Virus record (IMG/VR): IMGVR_UViG_2563366861_000001
Location: 1 to 16,051 of that record
Source: a virus
Lineage: Duplodnaviria > Heunggongvirae > Uroviricota > Caudoviricetes
Length of the DNA stretch: 16,051 bases
Direction: 5' to 3' (one strand)
Below, in pieces: positions 8,358-16,051 of the stretch. The notes under the pieces are model-generated. The model saw only the letters and a program-made list of their open reading frames with translations. It did no database searches and was not told the origin of the DNA. Every line of letters starts with the position of its first letter. Positions within the stretch are counted from its first letter, which is position 1. The position numbers were made by a program, and so were the translations under genes.

Positions 8358-8613
8358 ATTTAATCCAATCAATCAGAAAGACGAGTAATCATAGAGGTAC
8401 TATCACCCGGGTAACTATTGCTATTATGAACGGATAGGATAGAGGCTTCAATAACATATGCATCAAGTATGATGGAATATGTAGGTGAAAATGACTTGTG
8501 TCAAATTTGTGGAAATGAGTACCATGTTTCTCTGAAATTGATGTCGTTAATGGCTAGTGATAGTGAACTTTTTTACTTTATAATTCCTTTGGTTATAACA
8601 ATAAGGTAAATTT

Positions 8614-9174
8614 ATGAAGAAGATAATATTATTAGCCATGATTATTGGTTCTTTAACAGGTTGCGCTAGTGTGCCACCATTGAATTTTTCAACACCTAAC
8701 GTGGGAGTTAGCCAGAAAAAAATAGATGCTGAAATTAAGTCATTAACGGTATCACTTGCTCGTCCAGATGAGCAGAAAGGGGATATCACTGCTGGTATGG
8801 AGGCTATAACTCCAATTTGGCGTGAATCTTTGCAGGAAGCACTCGACCGAATGACTATTTTTCGTGATAGTTCACCAAATACGGTTAGCTTAAATGTTAA
8901 AGTGTTGGCTCTTGACGTTCCTGCTTTTGGTGTTTCAATGACAACTAAAGCAATTGCAAGGTATGAAATAATCAACCGTGCGAATGGTGATATTATATAT
9001 ACGCAGGATATTGAGTCTACCGGTACTGTTCCAGCCAGTTACGCATTCTACGGTATTGTTCGAGCACGCGAATCTGTTAATCGCGCGGTGCAAAACAACA
9101 TAACGCAGTTCTTGCAAGCATTAGAAAGTGTTGATCTTTCTCGTCCAATGTTTCCTGTTAGGGTAGCTAAATGA
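8614..9174 (+). CDS. Putative lipoprotein, 186 aa (signal peptide plus lipobox LTGC); possibly YajG-like, function unknown
   Basis: MKKIILLAMIIGSLTGCAS… lipoprotein signal; ATG with upstream AAGG; stop overlaps the next gene's start (ATGA); low GC. Confidence 0.7.
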   Translation: MKKIILLAMIIGSLTGCASVPPLNFSTPNVGVSQKKIDAEIKSLTVSLARPDEQKGDITAGMEAITPIWRESLQEALDRMTIFRDSSPNTVSLNVKVLALDVPAFGVSMTTKAIARYEIINRANGDIIYTQDIESTGTVPASYAFYGIVRARESVNRAVQNNITQFLQALESVDLSRPMFPVRVAK

Positions 9175-9623
9175 AGCGATTATTCGTAATTGCTCCACTC
9201 TTAGTGTTGGTTGGATGCGCACAAAATATATCGCCAAATAGTTATTCTGTTGGCTCTGTGGGCATGGTTAATCGAACTATCGCTGGTACAGTTATTAGTG
9301 CTAGGGGGGTTGATATCAGTGGGACTTCCGCGTTAGGCGGGACTGCTGGGGCTGCCGTGGGGGCAACCGCTGGTTCTGCGCTTGGTGGGGGAGTTCGTTC
9401 TAATATCGTTGGTGCCGTTGGTGGTGCAGTCATTGGTGGTATTGCCGGGGCAGCAATCGAATCTTCAGCAACAAAACAAACAGGCATGGAATATGTTGTC
9501 GAAACTGAGAATGGGAATTTAATGACCATTGTTCAAGGCAAAGATCCGTTATTTACTCAAGGAAGTAAGGTCCTTGTTTTATACGGAAACCCTTCTCGCA
9601 TAATAACAGACCCGCGTCACTAA
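9171..9623 (+). CDS. SlyB-like outer-membrane lipoprotein with a glycine-zipper domain, 150 aa
   Basis: Lipobox LLVLVGCA, then the Gly-rich segment GTSALGGTAGAAVGATAGSALGGGVRSNIVGAVGGAVIGGIAGAAIE and a C-terminal region resembling SlyB/Pcp (family assignment from memory). Confidence 0.7.
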   Translation: MKRLFVIAPLLVLVGCAQNISPNSYSVGSVGMVNRTIAGTVISARGVDISGTSALGGTAGAAVGATAGSALGGGVRSNIVGAVGGAVIGGIAGAAIESSATKQTGMEYVVETENGNLMTIVQGKDPLFTQGSKVLVLYGNPSRIITDPRH

Positions 9624-9663
9624 CATACCTTTTGATTTTGTAAAATCAATTCGTAATAATAAA

Positions 9664-9700
9664 GTCATCGGAGCTTGAACAACTCCGGTGACTTCTGCGC
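9664..9700 (+). terminator. Candidate terminator after the lipoprotein operon (10-bp stem GTCATCGGAG / CTCCGGTGAC with one G-U, 9-nt loop, weak T-rich tail)
   Basis: Inverted repeat at 9664-9673 / 9683-9692 followed by TTCTGCGC. Confidence 0.3.
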
Positions 9701-9813
9701 TAAACGGGGACGTTTATGCGCACATACAATCCAAACTCTCTTCTCCCTTCACAGATGCAGAAATGCACCTGCGATTTTTTGCATCCAGCGTCTGACCTCT
9801 GCGGAGGTGAAGC

Positions 9814-10269
9814 GTGAACCTACCACAAGATGGCATCAAACTGCATCGCGGTAACTTCACCGCTATCGGCCAGCAGATCCAGCCTTATCTGGAGGACGGA
9901 AAATGCTTTCGCATGGTGCTTAAACCGTGGCGTGAGAAACGCAGTCTTTCCCAGAATGCACTCAGCCACATGTGGTACAGCGAAATCAGTGAATACCTCA
10001 TCAGCAGGGGGAAATCGTTCGCTACCGCAGCATGGGTAAAAGATGCTCTCAAACACACATACCTCGGTTATGAAACCAAGGACCTGGTTGATGTCGTAAC
10101 CGGCGAAATCACTACTATCCAGTCGTTACGCCATACCTCCGATCTTGATACCGGAGAGATGTATATCTTCCTGTGTAAGGTTGAAGCCTGGGCGGTGAAT
10201 ATTGGCTGCCACCTGACTATTCCGCAGAGCTGCGAGTTCCAGCAGCTCCGCGACAAACAGGAGGCGTAA
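9814..10269 (+). CDS. ybcN: Nin-region protein YbcN-like, 151 aa, GTG start
   Basis: [58 protein letters not shown]… recognised as the DLP12-type YbcN preceding ninE; GGAGG Shine-Dalgarno upstream. Confidence 0.8.
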   Translation: MNLPQDGIKLHRGNFTAIGQQIQPYLEDGKCFRMVLKPWREKRSLSQNALSHMWYSEISEYLISRGKSFATAAWVKDALKHTYLGYETKDLVDVVTGEITTIQSLRHTSDLDTGEMYIFLCKVEAWAVNIGCHLTIPQSCEFQQLRDKQEA

Positions 10270-10439
10270 TGGCTACACCGCTTATTCGTGTCATGAACGG
10301 ACACATCTACAGAGTACCAAATCGTCGTAAGCGTAAACCGGAGCTGAAGCCTTCCGAAATACCAACACTGCTCGGATATACCGCCAGCCTGGTTGATAAA
10401 AAATGGTTGCGACTGGCAGCAAGGAGGAGTCATGGCTGA
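10269..10439 (+). CDS. ninE: NinE, 56 aa
   Basis: Hand translation [56 protein letters not shown]; start overlaps the ybcN stop (TAATG); conserved lambdoid nin-region order. Confidence 0.8.
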   Translation: MATPLIRVMNGHIYRVPNRRKRKPELKPSEIPTLLGYTASLVDKKWLRLAARRSHG

Positions 10440-10722
10440 TTTGAGAAAAGCAGCGCGTGGTCGGGAATGCCAGGTAAGAATCCCTGGCGTATGTAATGGC
10501 AACCCTGAAACGTCTGTACTGGCACATATCCGGCTGACTGGATTGTGCGGCACCGGTACGAAACCGCCAGACCTGATTGCCACCATTGCATGTTCTGCCT
10601 GCCACGACGAAATCGACCGCCGCACACATTTTGTCGATGCTGCATATGCAAAAGAATGCGCGCTGGAAGGTATGGCGAGAACACAGGTTATCTGGCTGAA
10701 AGAGGGGGTTATTAAGGCGTGA
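10432..10722 (+). CDS. ybcO: YbcO-like (DUF1364) putative nuclease, 96 aa from the ATG at 10432
   Basis: [64 protein letters not shown]…; AGGAGG Shine-Dalgarno just upstream; overlaps the ninE stop. Confidence 0.85.
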   Translation: MADLRKAARGRECQVRIPGVCNGNPETSVLAHIRLTGLCGTGTKPPDLIATIACSACHDEIDRRTHFVDAAYAKECALEGMARTQVIWLKEGVIKA

Positions 10723-11081
10723 ATACCTACAGCATCACATTACCCTGGCCTCCGAGCAATAATCGCTATTACCGCCATAATCGCGGGCGCACACACATCA
10801 GCGCAGAAGGGCAGGCATACCGCGATAACGTCACCCGAATCATTAAAAACGCAATGCTGGATATCGGCCTGGCTATGCCAGTGAAAATCCGTATTGAGTG
10901 CCACATGCCGGATCGCCGTCGCCGTGACCTGGATAATCTGCAAAAAGCCGCTTTTGACGCACTCACCAAAGCAGGTTTCTGGCTGGATGATGCTCAGGTC
11001 GTTGATTACCGCGTTGTGAAGATGCCTGTTACCAAAGGTGGGAGGCTGGAACTGACCATCACCGAAATGGGGAATGAATGA
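10719..11081 (+). CDS. rusA: RusA Holliday-junction resolvase, 120 aa
   Basis: [37 protein letters not shown]…[12 protein letters not shown] matches remembered E. coli RusA almost residue for residue. Confidence 0.93.
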   Translation: MNTYSITLPWPPSNNRYYRHNRGRTHISAEGQAYRDNVTRIIKNAMLDIGLAMPVKIRIECHMPDRRRRDLDNLQKAAFDALTKAGFWLDDAQVVDYRVVKMPVTKGGRLELTITEMGNE

Positions 11082-11218
11082 TGTTTGAGTTTAATATGGC
11101 AGAACTTCTTCGCCACCGCTGGATGCGCCTGCGCTTATATCGTTTCCCCAGTTCTGTTTTGACCGATTACCGAATACTGAGGAATTACGCCAAAACCCTG
11201 ACAGGAGCAGGAGTATGA
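11078..11218 (+). CDS. ylcG: Small 46-aa protein YlcG-like, between rusA and Q
   Basis: Hand translation [46 protein letters not shown]; overlaps the rusA stop; position matches ylcG of DLP12 (sequence identity from memory, unverified). Confidence 0.55.
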   Translation: MMFEFNMAELLRHRWMRLRLYRFPSSVLTDYRILRNYAKTLTGAGV

Positions 11219-11303
11219 AGTCAGAGATAACAATCAACTAATACTGTTTTATTGATTTTTGCTTGTAATTGGCGTTCTGGTCTGATTTTTGTGGAGTAAG
11301 TTG

Positions 11304-11687
11304 ATGCGTGATATTCAGATGGTTCTTGAGCGTTGGGGAGCGTGGGCGGCTAATAATCATGAAGATGTGACCTGGTCGTCCATTGCCGCCGGTTTTAAGG
11401 GATTAATTACTTCAAAAGTAAAATCTCGCCCGCAATGTTGTGACGATGACGCGATGATCATTTGCGGGTGCATGGCCCGTCTGAAAAAGAACAACAGCGA
11501 TTTGCACGATTTATTAGTAGATTATTATGTAGTCGGTATGACATTCATGTCACTGGCAGGTAAGCATTGCTGCTCTGATGGTTATATCGGGAAAAGGTTA
11601 CAGAAGGCTGAGGGTATAATTGAAGGGATGTTAATGGCATTAGATATCCGGTTAGAGATGGATATCGTTGTTAATAACTCTAATTAA
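11304..11687 (+). CDS. Late-gene antiterminator Q (phage 82/DLP12 QuuD-type), 127 aa from the ATG at 11304
   Basis: [60 protein letters not shown]… with Cys-rich zinc-binding motifs; sits after the nin genes and before the lysis cassette. Confidence 0.85.
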   Translation: MRDIQMVLERWGAWAANNHEDVTWSSIAAGFKGLITSKVKSRPQCCDDDAMIICGCMARLKKNNSDLHDLLVDYYVVGMTFMSLAGKHCCSDGYIGKRLQKAEGIIEGMLMALDIRLEMDIVVNNSN

Positions 11688-11702
11688 TATGCCAATTGTT
11701 TA

Positions 11703-11738
11703 CTAAAAATTATTAAAAATGGGGCGTTGAGACGCCCC
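11703..11738 (-). terminator. Candidate intrinsic terminator for the porin gene (stem GGGGCG / CGCCCC, then ATTTTTAATAATTTTT on the minus strand)
   Basis: Inverted repeat 11721-11726 / 11733-11738 with a U-rich run on the minus-strand 3' side. Confidence 0.4.
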
Positions 11739-11826
11739 CAAAAATAAAGGGTAATATATAACAGAAGGTTTATATAGTTAGAAGCAAGGTTGTGCTCCTA
11801 AAGGAAGTGGCTTGAGGGAGCCACTT

Positions 11827-11866
11827 ATATGTTGGGGAGGCAAAGCCTCCCGCAACATATCTTTTA
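11827..11866 (+). terminator. Candidate hairpin terminator downstream of Q (stem ATATGTTGGGGAGGC / GCCTCCCGCAACATAT followed by CTTTT)
   Basis: Long imperfect inverted repeat 11827-11860 followed by a short T-run; lies between convergent Q and the porin gene. Confidence 0.35.
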
Positions 11867-11875
11867 GTAATCAAA

Positions 11876-12958
11876 TTAGAACTGGTAAACCATACCTACA
11901 GCAACGATATCATCGGTAGCAACGCCAGATGCTTTCGTGAAATCGCTCTTATCAATCAGGTTGATTTTGTAATCAACAAAAGTGGACATATTTTTGTTGA
12001 AGTAATAGGTTGCACCTACATCAATATATTCAACCAGGTCCTGATCACCCCACGCACCCAAGTCTTTTCCTTTAGATTGCAGGTAAGCAACGGACGGACG
12101 CAGACCGAAGTCGAACTGATATTGTGCAACTACTTCGAAGTTTTGTGCTTTGTTGGCAATATGGTTATTACCAAAAACAGTCATGTTCTGGGTTTCAGAA
12201 TAGGTGGTAGCCAGATAGATGTTGTTCGCATCATATTTCAGACCAGCTGCCCATACTTCAGCATTTTGACCAGATGCATTCAGGCTGTTGTTACCGTAGA
12301 TAACCTGATTATTAGTGCGGTCAGATTTAGCATAGGTTGCACCTACACCGAATCCTTCATACTCATAAGTAGTGGAGAAACCGAAACCATCACCATTAGC
12401 TTCAGTTACGTCAGTGCGGTCATTTTTACCCTGATACTGAGCAGCAAAGTTCAGACCATCAACCAGACCAAAGAAGTCATTGTTACGATAAGTTGCAACA
12501 CCTGTGGTGCGACCAGTCATGAATACATCTGTTTGGGTCCAGGTATCGCCACCGAATTCTGGCAGAACGTCGGTCCATGCACCAATATCGTATGCTACAC
12601 CGTAGTTACGGCCATAATCGATGGAGCCGTAGTCACCGAATTTCAGGCCAGCGAAGGCAAGACGGGTTTTATCTTTGGAGGAACCTTGAGATTCAGCGCG
12701 GTTGCCTTTGAATTCATATTCCCACTGACCGAAACCAGTCAGTTGATCGTTGATTTGGGTTTCACCTTTGAAGCCAAGACGGGCATAAGTAGTATCACCA
12801 TCATCTGCATCATTAGAGGAGAAGTAGTGCTTAGCATTAACTTTCCCGTACAGATCCAGCTTGTTACTGTCTTTATTATAAATTTCAGCTGCCTGAGCAG
12901 ACATCGCCATCAGTACTGATGCAGCTACAGCAGAAATTGCCACTGTTAATTTTTTCAT
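11876..12958 (-). CDS. nmpC: Phage-borne OmpC-family general porin (NmpC/Lc type), 360-aa precursor, apparently full length; start taken at [11 protein letters not shown]…
   Basis: Signal peptide [23 protein letters not shown], mature N-terminus [17 protein letters not shown]…, C-terminal …VAVGMVYQF with terminal Phe typical of porins; located between Q and the holin as in DLP12 and PA-2. Confidence 0.9.
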   Translation of the reverse strand: MKKLTVAISAVAASVLMAMSAQAAEIYNKDSNKLDLYGKVNAKHYFSSNDADDGDTTYARLGFKGETQINDQLTGFGQWEYEFKGNRAESQGSSKDKTRLAFAGLKFGDYGSIDYGRNYGVAYDIGAWTDVLPEFGGDTWTQTDVFMTGRTTGVATYRNNDFFGLVDGLNFAAQYQGKNDRTDVTEANGDGFGFSTTYEYEGFGVGATYAKSDRTNNQVIYGNNSLNASGQNAEVWAAGLKYDANNIYLATTYSETQNMTVFGNNHIANKAQNFEVVAQYQFDFGLRPSVAYLQSKGKDLGAWGDQDLVEYIDVGATYYFNKNMSTFVDYKINLIDKSDFTKASGVATDDIVAVGMVYQF

Positions 12959-13384
12959 CGTGAGCCCTTTTTTTGAACTATTATTAAAAAATGATGTCAC
13001 TGCGCGATAAATATTCATCTAATCAATGTGATTATTTCAAGATGTAAGTTTTGGTTTCTCATTTGATTTGTGAAGTAGATCTCTATTTTTATCTGAACTT
13101 TTTCTATCGAATCCTATTCATGGCTCTTGGCTGAATAAAAATAAATCTATTAGCCAATTTATATTAATGGCTGTTATTTATAAGTGCTCTATAATTTGAA
13201 GATTCAATTTAAACCAGCTAAAAATAACGCTGGAAATTATTTGTTGGTTATTTGTTGAGATTTGCTTATGTATTTGTAGTGGTGTTTTCAATACTCGGTA
13301 GCATTCTCGCAAATATCATTTAGTGGTTTACGTACGTAAAAAATTGGTTATGCTGTTAAGAGTGGTTACTTCGTCACACAGCTT

Positions 13385-13416
13385 AAACCCGCCGTCGAGC
13401 GGGTTTTTCCATTTTT
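13385..13416 (+). terminator. Intrinsic terminator upstream of the lysis cassette, candidate tR' (8-bp stem AAACCCGC / GCGGGTTT, loop CGTCGA, then TTTTCCATTTTTT)
   Basis: Perfect inverted repeat 13385-13392 / 13399-13406 followed by a T-rich tract on the plus strand, about 130 nt before the holin start. Confidence 0.55.
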
Positions 13417-13545
13417 TGAGTCTCGATATTAGCTGATAACCCAATACCTGAGTTATTCACTGACTCCGAGTCTGTTAAGTTTCTGCTTTTTTGCGATACG
13501 TTGTATTCCCTCAATTTACACCCGCTTTGTCTGCGAGGTGGGGTT

Positions 13546-13761
13546 ATGAAATCCATGGATAAGTTAACAACGGGTGTCGCCTATGGCACCTCAGCAGGTA
13601 GTGCCGGTTACTGGTTTTTACAGCTGCTCGATAAAGTCACGCCCTCACAGTGGGCAGCAATAGGTGTGCTGGGTAGCCTGGTATTTGGCCTGCTGACGTA
13701 CCTGACAAACCTTTATTTCAAGATTAAAGAAGATAAGCGCAAGGCTGCGAGAGGTGAATAA
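13546..13761 (+). CDS. S: Class II holin/pinholin of the phage 21 S family, 71 aa, with dual-start motif MKSM (antiholin/holin)
   Basis: [71 protein letters not shown], close to remembered S21; Shine-Dalgarno GAGGTGGGG; stop overlaps the endolysin start (TAATG). Confidence 0.9.
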
Positions 13762-14258
13762 TGCCTCCATCATTACGAAAAGCCGTTGCTGCTGCTATTG
13801 GTGGCGGAGCAATTGCTATAGCATCAGTGTTAATTACTGGCCCAAGTGGTAACGATGGTCTGGAAGGTGTCAGCTACGTACCATACAAAGATATCGTTGG
13901 CGTATGGACTGTATGTCACGGACACACCGGAAAAGACATCATGCTCGGTAAAACGTATACCAAAGCAGAATGCAAAGCACTCTTGAATAAAGACCTTGCC
14001 ACTGTCGCCAGACAAATTAACCCGTACATCAAAGTCGATATACCGGAAACAACGCGCGGCGCTCTTTACTCATTCGTTTACAACGTGGGTGCTGGCAATT
14101 TCAGAACATCGACGCTTCTTCGCAAAATAAACCAGGGCGATATCAAAGGCGCATGTGATCAGCTACGTCGCTGGACATATGCTGGCGGTAAGCAATGGAA
14201 AGGTCTCATGACTCGTCGTGAGATTGAGCGTGAAATCTGTTTGTGGGGTCAGCAATGA
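13761..14258 (+). CDS. R: SAR endolysin (phage 21 R-type lysozyme), 165 aa
   Basis: N-terminal Gly/Ala-rich signal-arrest-release helix ([20 protein letters not shown]) followed by the T4-lysozyme-like catalytic region [23 protein letters not shown]. Confidence 0.92.
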   Translation: MPPSLRKAVAAAIGGGAIAIASVLITGPSGNDGLEGVSYVPYKDIVGVWTVCHGHTGKDIMLGKTYTKAECKALLNKDLATVARQINPYIKVDIPETTRGALYSFVYNVGAGNFRTSTLLRKINQGDIKGACDQLRRWTYAGGKQWKGLMTRREIEREICLWGQQ

Positions 14259-14716
14259 ACAGAGTAACCGCGATTATCTCCGCTCTGGTTATCTGCATCA
14301 TCGTCTACCTGTCATGGGCTGTTAATCATTACCGTGATAACGCCATTACCTACAAAGCCCAGCGCGACAAAAATGCCAGAGAACTGAAGCTGGCGAACGC
14401 GGCAATTACTGACATGCAGATGCGTCAGCGTGATGTTGCTGCGCTCGATGCAAAATACACGAAGGAGTTAGCTGATGCGAAAGCTGAAAATGATGCTCTG
14501 CGTGATGATGTTGCCGCTGGTCGTCGTCGGTTGCACATCAAAGCAGTCTGTCAGTCAGTGCGTGAAGCCACCACCGCCTCCGGCGTGGATAATGCAGCCT
14601 CCCCCCGACTGGCAGACACCGCTGAACGGGATTATTTCACCCTCAGAGAGAGGCTGATCACTATGCAAAAACAACTGGAAGGAACCCAGAAGTATATTAA
14701 TGAGCAGTGCAGATAG
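14255..14716 (+). CDS. Rz: Rz inner-membrane spanin subunit, 153 aa from the ATG at 14255
   Basis: [68 protein letters not shown]…; N-terminal TM helix then coiled coil; overlaps the R stop (ATGA). Confidence 0.9.
   Translation: MNRVTAIISALVICIIVYLSWAVNHYRDNAITYKAQRDKNARELKLANAAITDMQMRQRDVAALDAKYTKELADAKAENDALRDDVAAGRRRLHIKAVCQSVREATTASGVDNAASPRLADTAERDYFTLRERLITMQKQLEGTQKYINEQCR
14475..14657 (+). CDS. Rz1: Rz1 outer-membrane lipoprotein spanin subunit, embedded in the +1 frame of Rz
   Basis: [24 protein letters not shown]… lipobox plus proline-rich tract ([15 protein letters not shown]); classic Rz/Rz1 embedded-gene architecture. Confidence 0.85.
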   Translation: MRKLKMMLCVMMLPLVVVGCTSKQSVSQCVKPPPPPAWIMQPPPDWQTPLNGIISPSERG

Positions 14717-14747
14717 AGTTGCCCATATCGATGGGCAACTCATGCAA

Positions 14748-15041
14748 TTATTGTGAGCAATACACACGCGCTTCCAGCGGAGTATAAATGCCTAAAGTAA
14801 TAAAACCGAGCAATCCATTTACGAATGTTTGCTGGGTTTCTGTTTTAACAACATTTTCTGCGCCGCCACAAATTTTGGCTGCATCGACAGTTTTCTTCTG
14901 CCCAATTCCAGAAACGAAGAAATGATGGGTGATGGTTTCCTTTGGTGCTACTGCTGCCGGTTTGTTTTGAACAGTAAACGTCTGTTGAGCACATCCTGTA
15001 ATAAGCAGGGCCAGCGCAGTAGCGAGTAGCATTTTTTTCAT
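14748..15041 (-). CDS. bor: Bor lipoprotein (serum-resistance lysogenic-conversion factor), 97 aa
   Basis: MKKMLLATALALLITGCAQQTFTVQNKPAAVAPKETITHHFFVSGIGQKKTVDAAKICGGAENVVKTETQQTFVNGLLGFITLGIYTPLEARVYCSQ; recognised as lambda Bor / DLP12 BorD. Confidence 0.9.
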   Translation of the reverse strand: MKKMLLATALALLITGCAQQTFTVQNKPAAVAPKETITHHFFVSGIGQKKTVDAAKICGGAENVVKTETQQTFVNGLLGFITLGIYTPLEARVYCSQ

Positions 15042-15331
15042 GGTGTTATTCCCGATGCTTTTTGAAGTTCGCAGAATCGTATGTGTAGAAAATTAAACAA
15101 ACCCTAAACAATGAGTTGAAATTTCATATTGTTAATATTTATTAATGTATGTCAGGTGCGATGAATCGTCATTGTATTCCCGGATTAACTATGTCCACAG
15201 CCCTGACGGGGAACTTCTCTGCGGGAGTGTCCGGGAATAATTAAAAACGATGCACACAGGGTTTAGCGCGTACACGTATTGCATTATGCCAACGCCCCGG
15301 TGCTGACACGGAAGAAACCGGACGTTATGAT

Positions 15332-15587
15332 TTAGCGTGGAAAGATTTGTGTAGTGTTCTGAATGCTCTCAGTAAATAGTAATGAATTATCAAAGGTATA
15401 GTAATATCTTTTATGTTCATGGATATTTGTAACCCATCGGAAAACTCCTGCTTTAGCAAGATTTTCCCTGTATTGCTGAAATGTGATTTCTCTTGATTTC
15501 AACCTATCATAGGACGTTTCTATAAGATGCGTGTTTCTTGAGAATTTAACATTTACAACCTTTTTAAGTCCTTTTATTAACACGGTG
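15332..15587 (-). pseudogene. ybcV: YbcV-like (DUF1398) gene, 5'-truncated by the right-hand IS1
   Basis: The reading frame …[83 protein letters not shown] runs open into the IS1 terminal repeat; the ORF-track start at 15601 is a TTG inside IS1. Family name recalled from the DLP12 gene order, with moderate certainty. Confidence 0.55.
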
Positions 15588-16051
15588 GGTAATGACTCCA
15601 ACTTATTGATAGTGTTTTATGTTCAGATAATGCCCGATGACTTTGTCATGCAGCTCCACCGATTTTGAGAACGACAGCGACTTCCGTCCCAGCCGTGCCA
15701 GGTGCTGCCTCAGATTCAGGTTATGCCGCTCAATTCGCTGCGTATATCGCTTGCTGATTACGTGCAGCTTTCCCTTCAGGCGGGATTCATACAGCGGCCA
15801 GCCATCCGTCATCCATATCACCACGTCAAAGGGTGACAGCAGGCTCATAAGACGCCCCAGCGTCGCCATAGTGCGTTCACCGAATACGTGCGCAACAACC
15901 GTCTTCCGGAGCCTGTCATACGCGTAAAACAGCCAGCGCTGGCGCGATTTAGCCCCGACGTATCCCCACTGTTCGTCCATTTCCGCGCAGACGATGACGT
16001 CACTGCCCGGCTGTATGCGCGAGGTTACCGACTGCGGCCTGAGTTTTTTAA
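15588..16051 (-). mobile_element. IS1: IS1 insertion sequence, partial (runs off the window end), inverted relative to the IS1 at 1-187
   Basis: Begins with the IS1 terminal repeat GGTAATGACTCCAACTTATTGATAGTG at 15588; 15588-15774 is the exact reverse complement of 1-187. Confidence 0.95.
15603..16049 (-). CDS. insB: IS1 transposase InsB reading frame (5' end outside window)
   Basis: …[68 protein letters not shown]…HYLNIKHYQ, recognised as IS1 InsB. Confidence 0.92.
   Translation of the reverse strand, partial: KKLRPQSVTSRIQPGSDVIVCAEMDEQWGYVGAKSRQRWLFYAYDRLRKTVVAHVFGERTMATLGRLMSLLSPFDVVIWMTDGWPLYESRLKGKLHVISKRYTQRIERHNLNLRQHLARLGRKSLSFSKSVELHDKVIGHYLNIKHYQ

Noticed and set aside
8547-9529. 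Minus-strand ORFs 8547-8975, 8935-9117 and 9242-9529
   Set aside because: Antisense to the two lipoprotein genes; 9242-9529 is the Pro/Ala-rich mirror of the glycine-zipper segment.
9820-10969. Track ORFs 9820-10056 (-), 9830-10039 (+), 10068-10625 (-), 10291-10629 (-), 10430-10684 (-), 10740-10943 (-) and 10769-10969 (-)
   Set aside because: They overlap the conserved nin-region genes ybcN, ninE, ybcO and rusA, whose plus-strand frames match known proteins.
12077-12919. 280-aa plus-strand ORF 12077-12919
   Set aside because: Antisense to the porin gene; the long open frame is a by-product of the porin's codon composition.
12959-13018. Upstream start (13018) giving a 380-aa porin with a 20-residue N-terminal extension
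   Set aside because: The internal Met at 12958 begins a canonical porin signal peptide ([11 protein letters not shown]…AQA) matching NmpC/OmpC precursors.
13501-13545. Track start at 13501 for the holin (86 aa)
   Set aside because: The S21-type holin begins at MKSM (13546) with a Shine-Dalgarno immediately upstream; the 13501 extension has no ribosome-binding site.
13830-15029. ORFs 13830-14015 (-), 14555-14767 (-) and 14829-15029 (+)
   Set aside because: Antisense to the endolysin, Rz and bor respectively.
15637-15927. Plus-strand ORF 15637-15927
   Set aside because: Antisense to insB inside IS1.

Overview
This window is an enterobacterial (E. coli/Shigella-type) chromosomal segment at the gal-bio phage lambda attachment locus, carrying a heavily deleted, mosaic lambdoid prophage remnant and bounded at both ends by partial IS1 copies in inverted orientation. 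All calls are from reading the sequence and the ORF track against remembered protein families; no searches were run. Layout, left to right: IS1 3' end (1-187); ybhJ, an aconitase-family gene whose 5' end is cut by that IS1; a REP/BIME pair; ybhC; attL with the lambda core GCTTTTTTATACTAA and P' arm; apparently intact lambda-type int and xis plus an orf55-like small gene; a low-GC block of independent moron cassettes (a 142-aa protein behind a small RHH-like/zinc-ribbon reading frame split by an in-frame TGA, and a Cys-rich secreted 204-aa protein); a ~480-bp relic of the lambda Red genes (first 10 codons of exo, last ~150 codons of bet); a second low-GC moron encoding two overlapping lipoproteins, one SlyB-like; then a DLP12-like late region (ybcN, ninE, ybcO, rusA, ylcG, Q antiterminator, an apparently intact NmpC/Lc-type porin, S21-type pinholin, SAR endolysin, Rz/Rz1, bor); a DUF1398-like gene cut by the right-hand IS1 (15588-end). 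No repressor, replication, Red (functional) or structural genes, and no tRNA, rRNA or CRISPR were found. The best candidates for undescribed biology are the moron cassettes at 5.3-7.1 kb and 8.1-9.7 kb; their functions are inferred from position and composition only.
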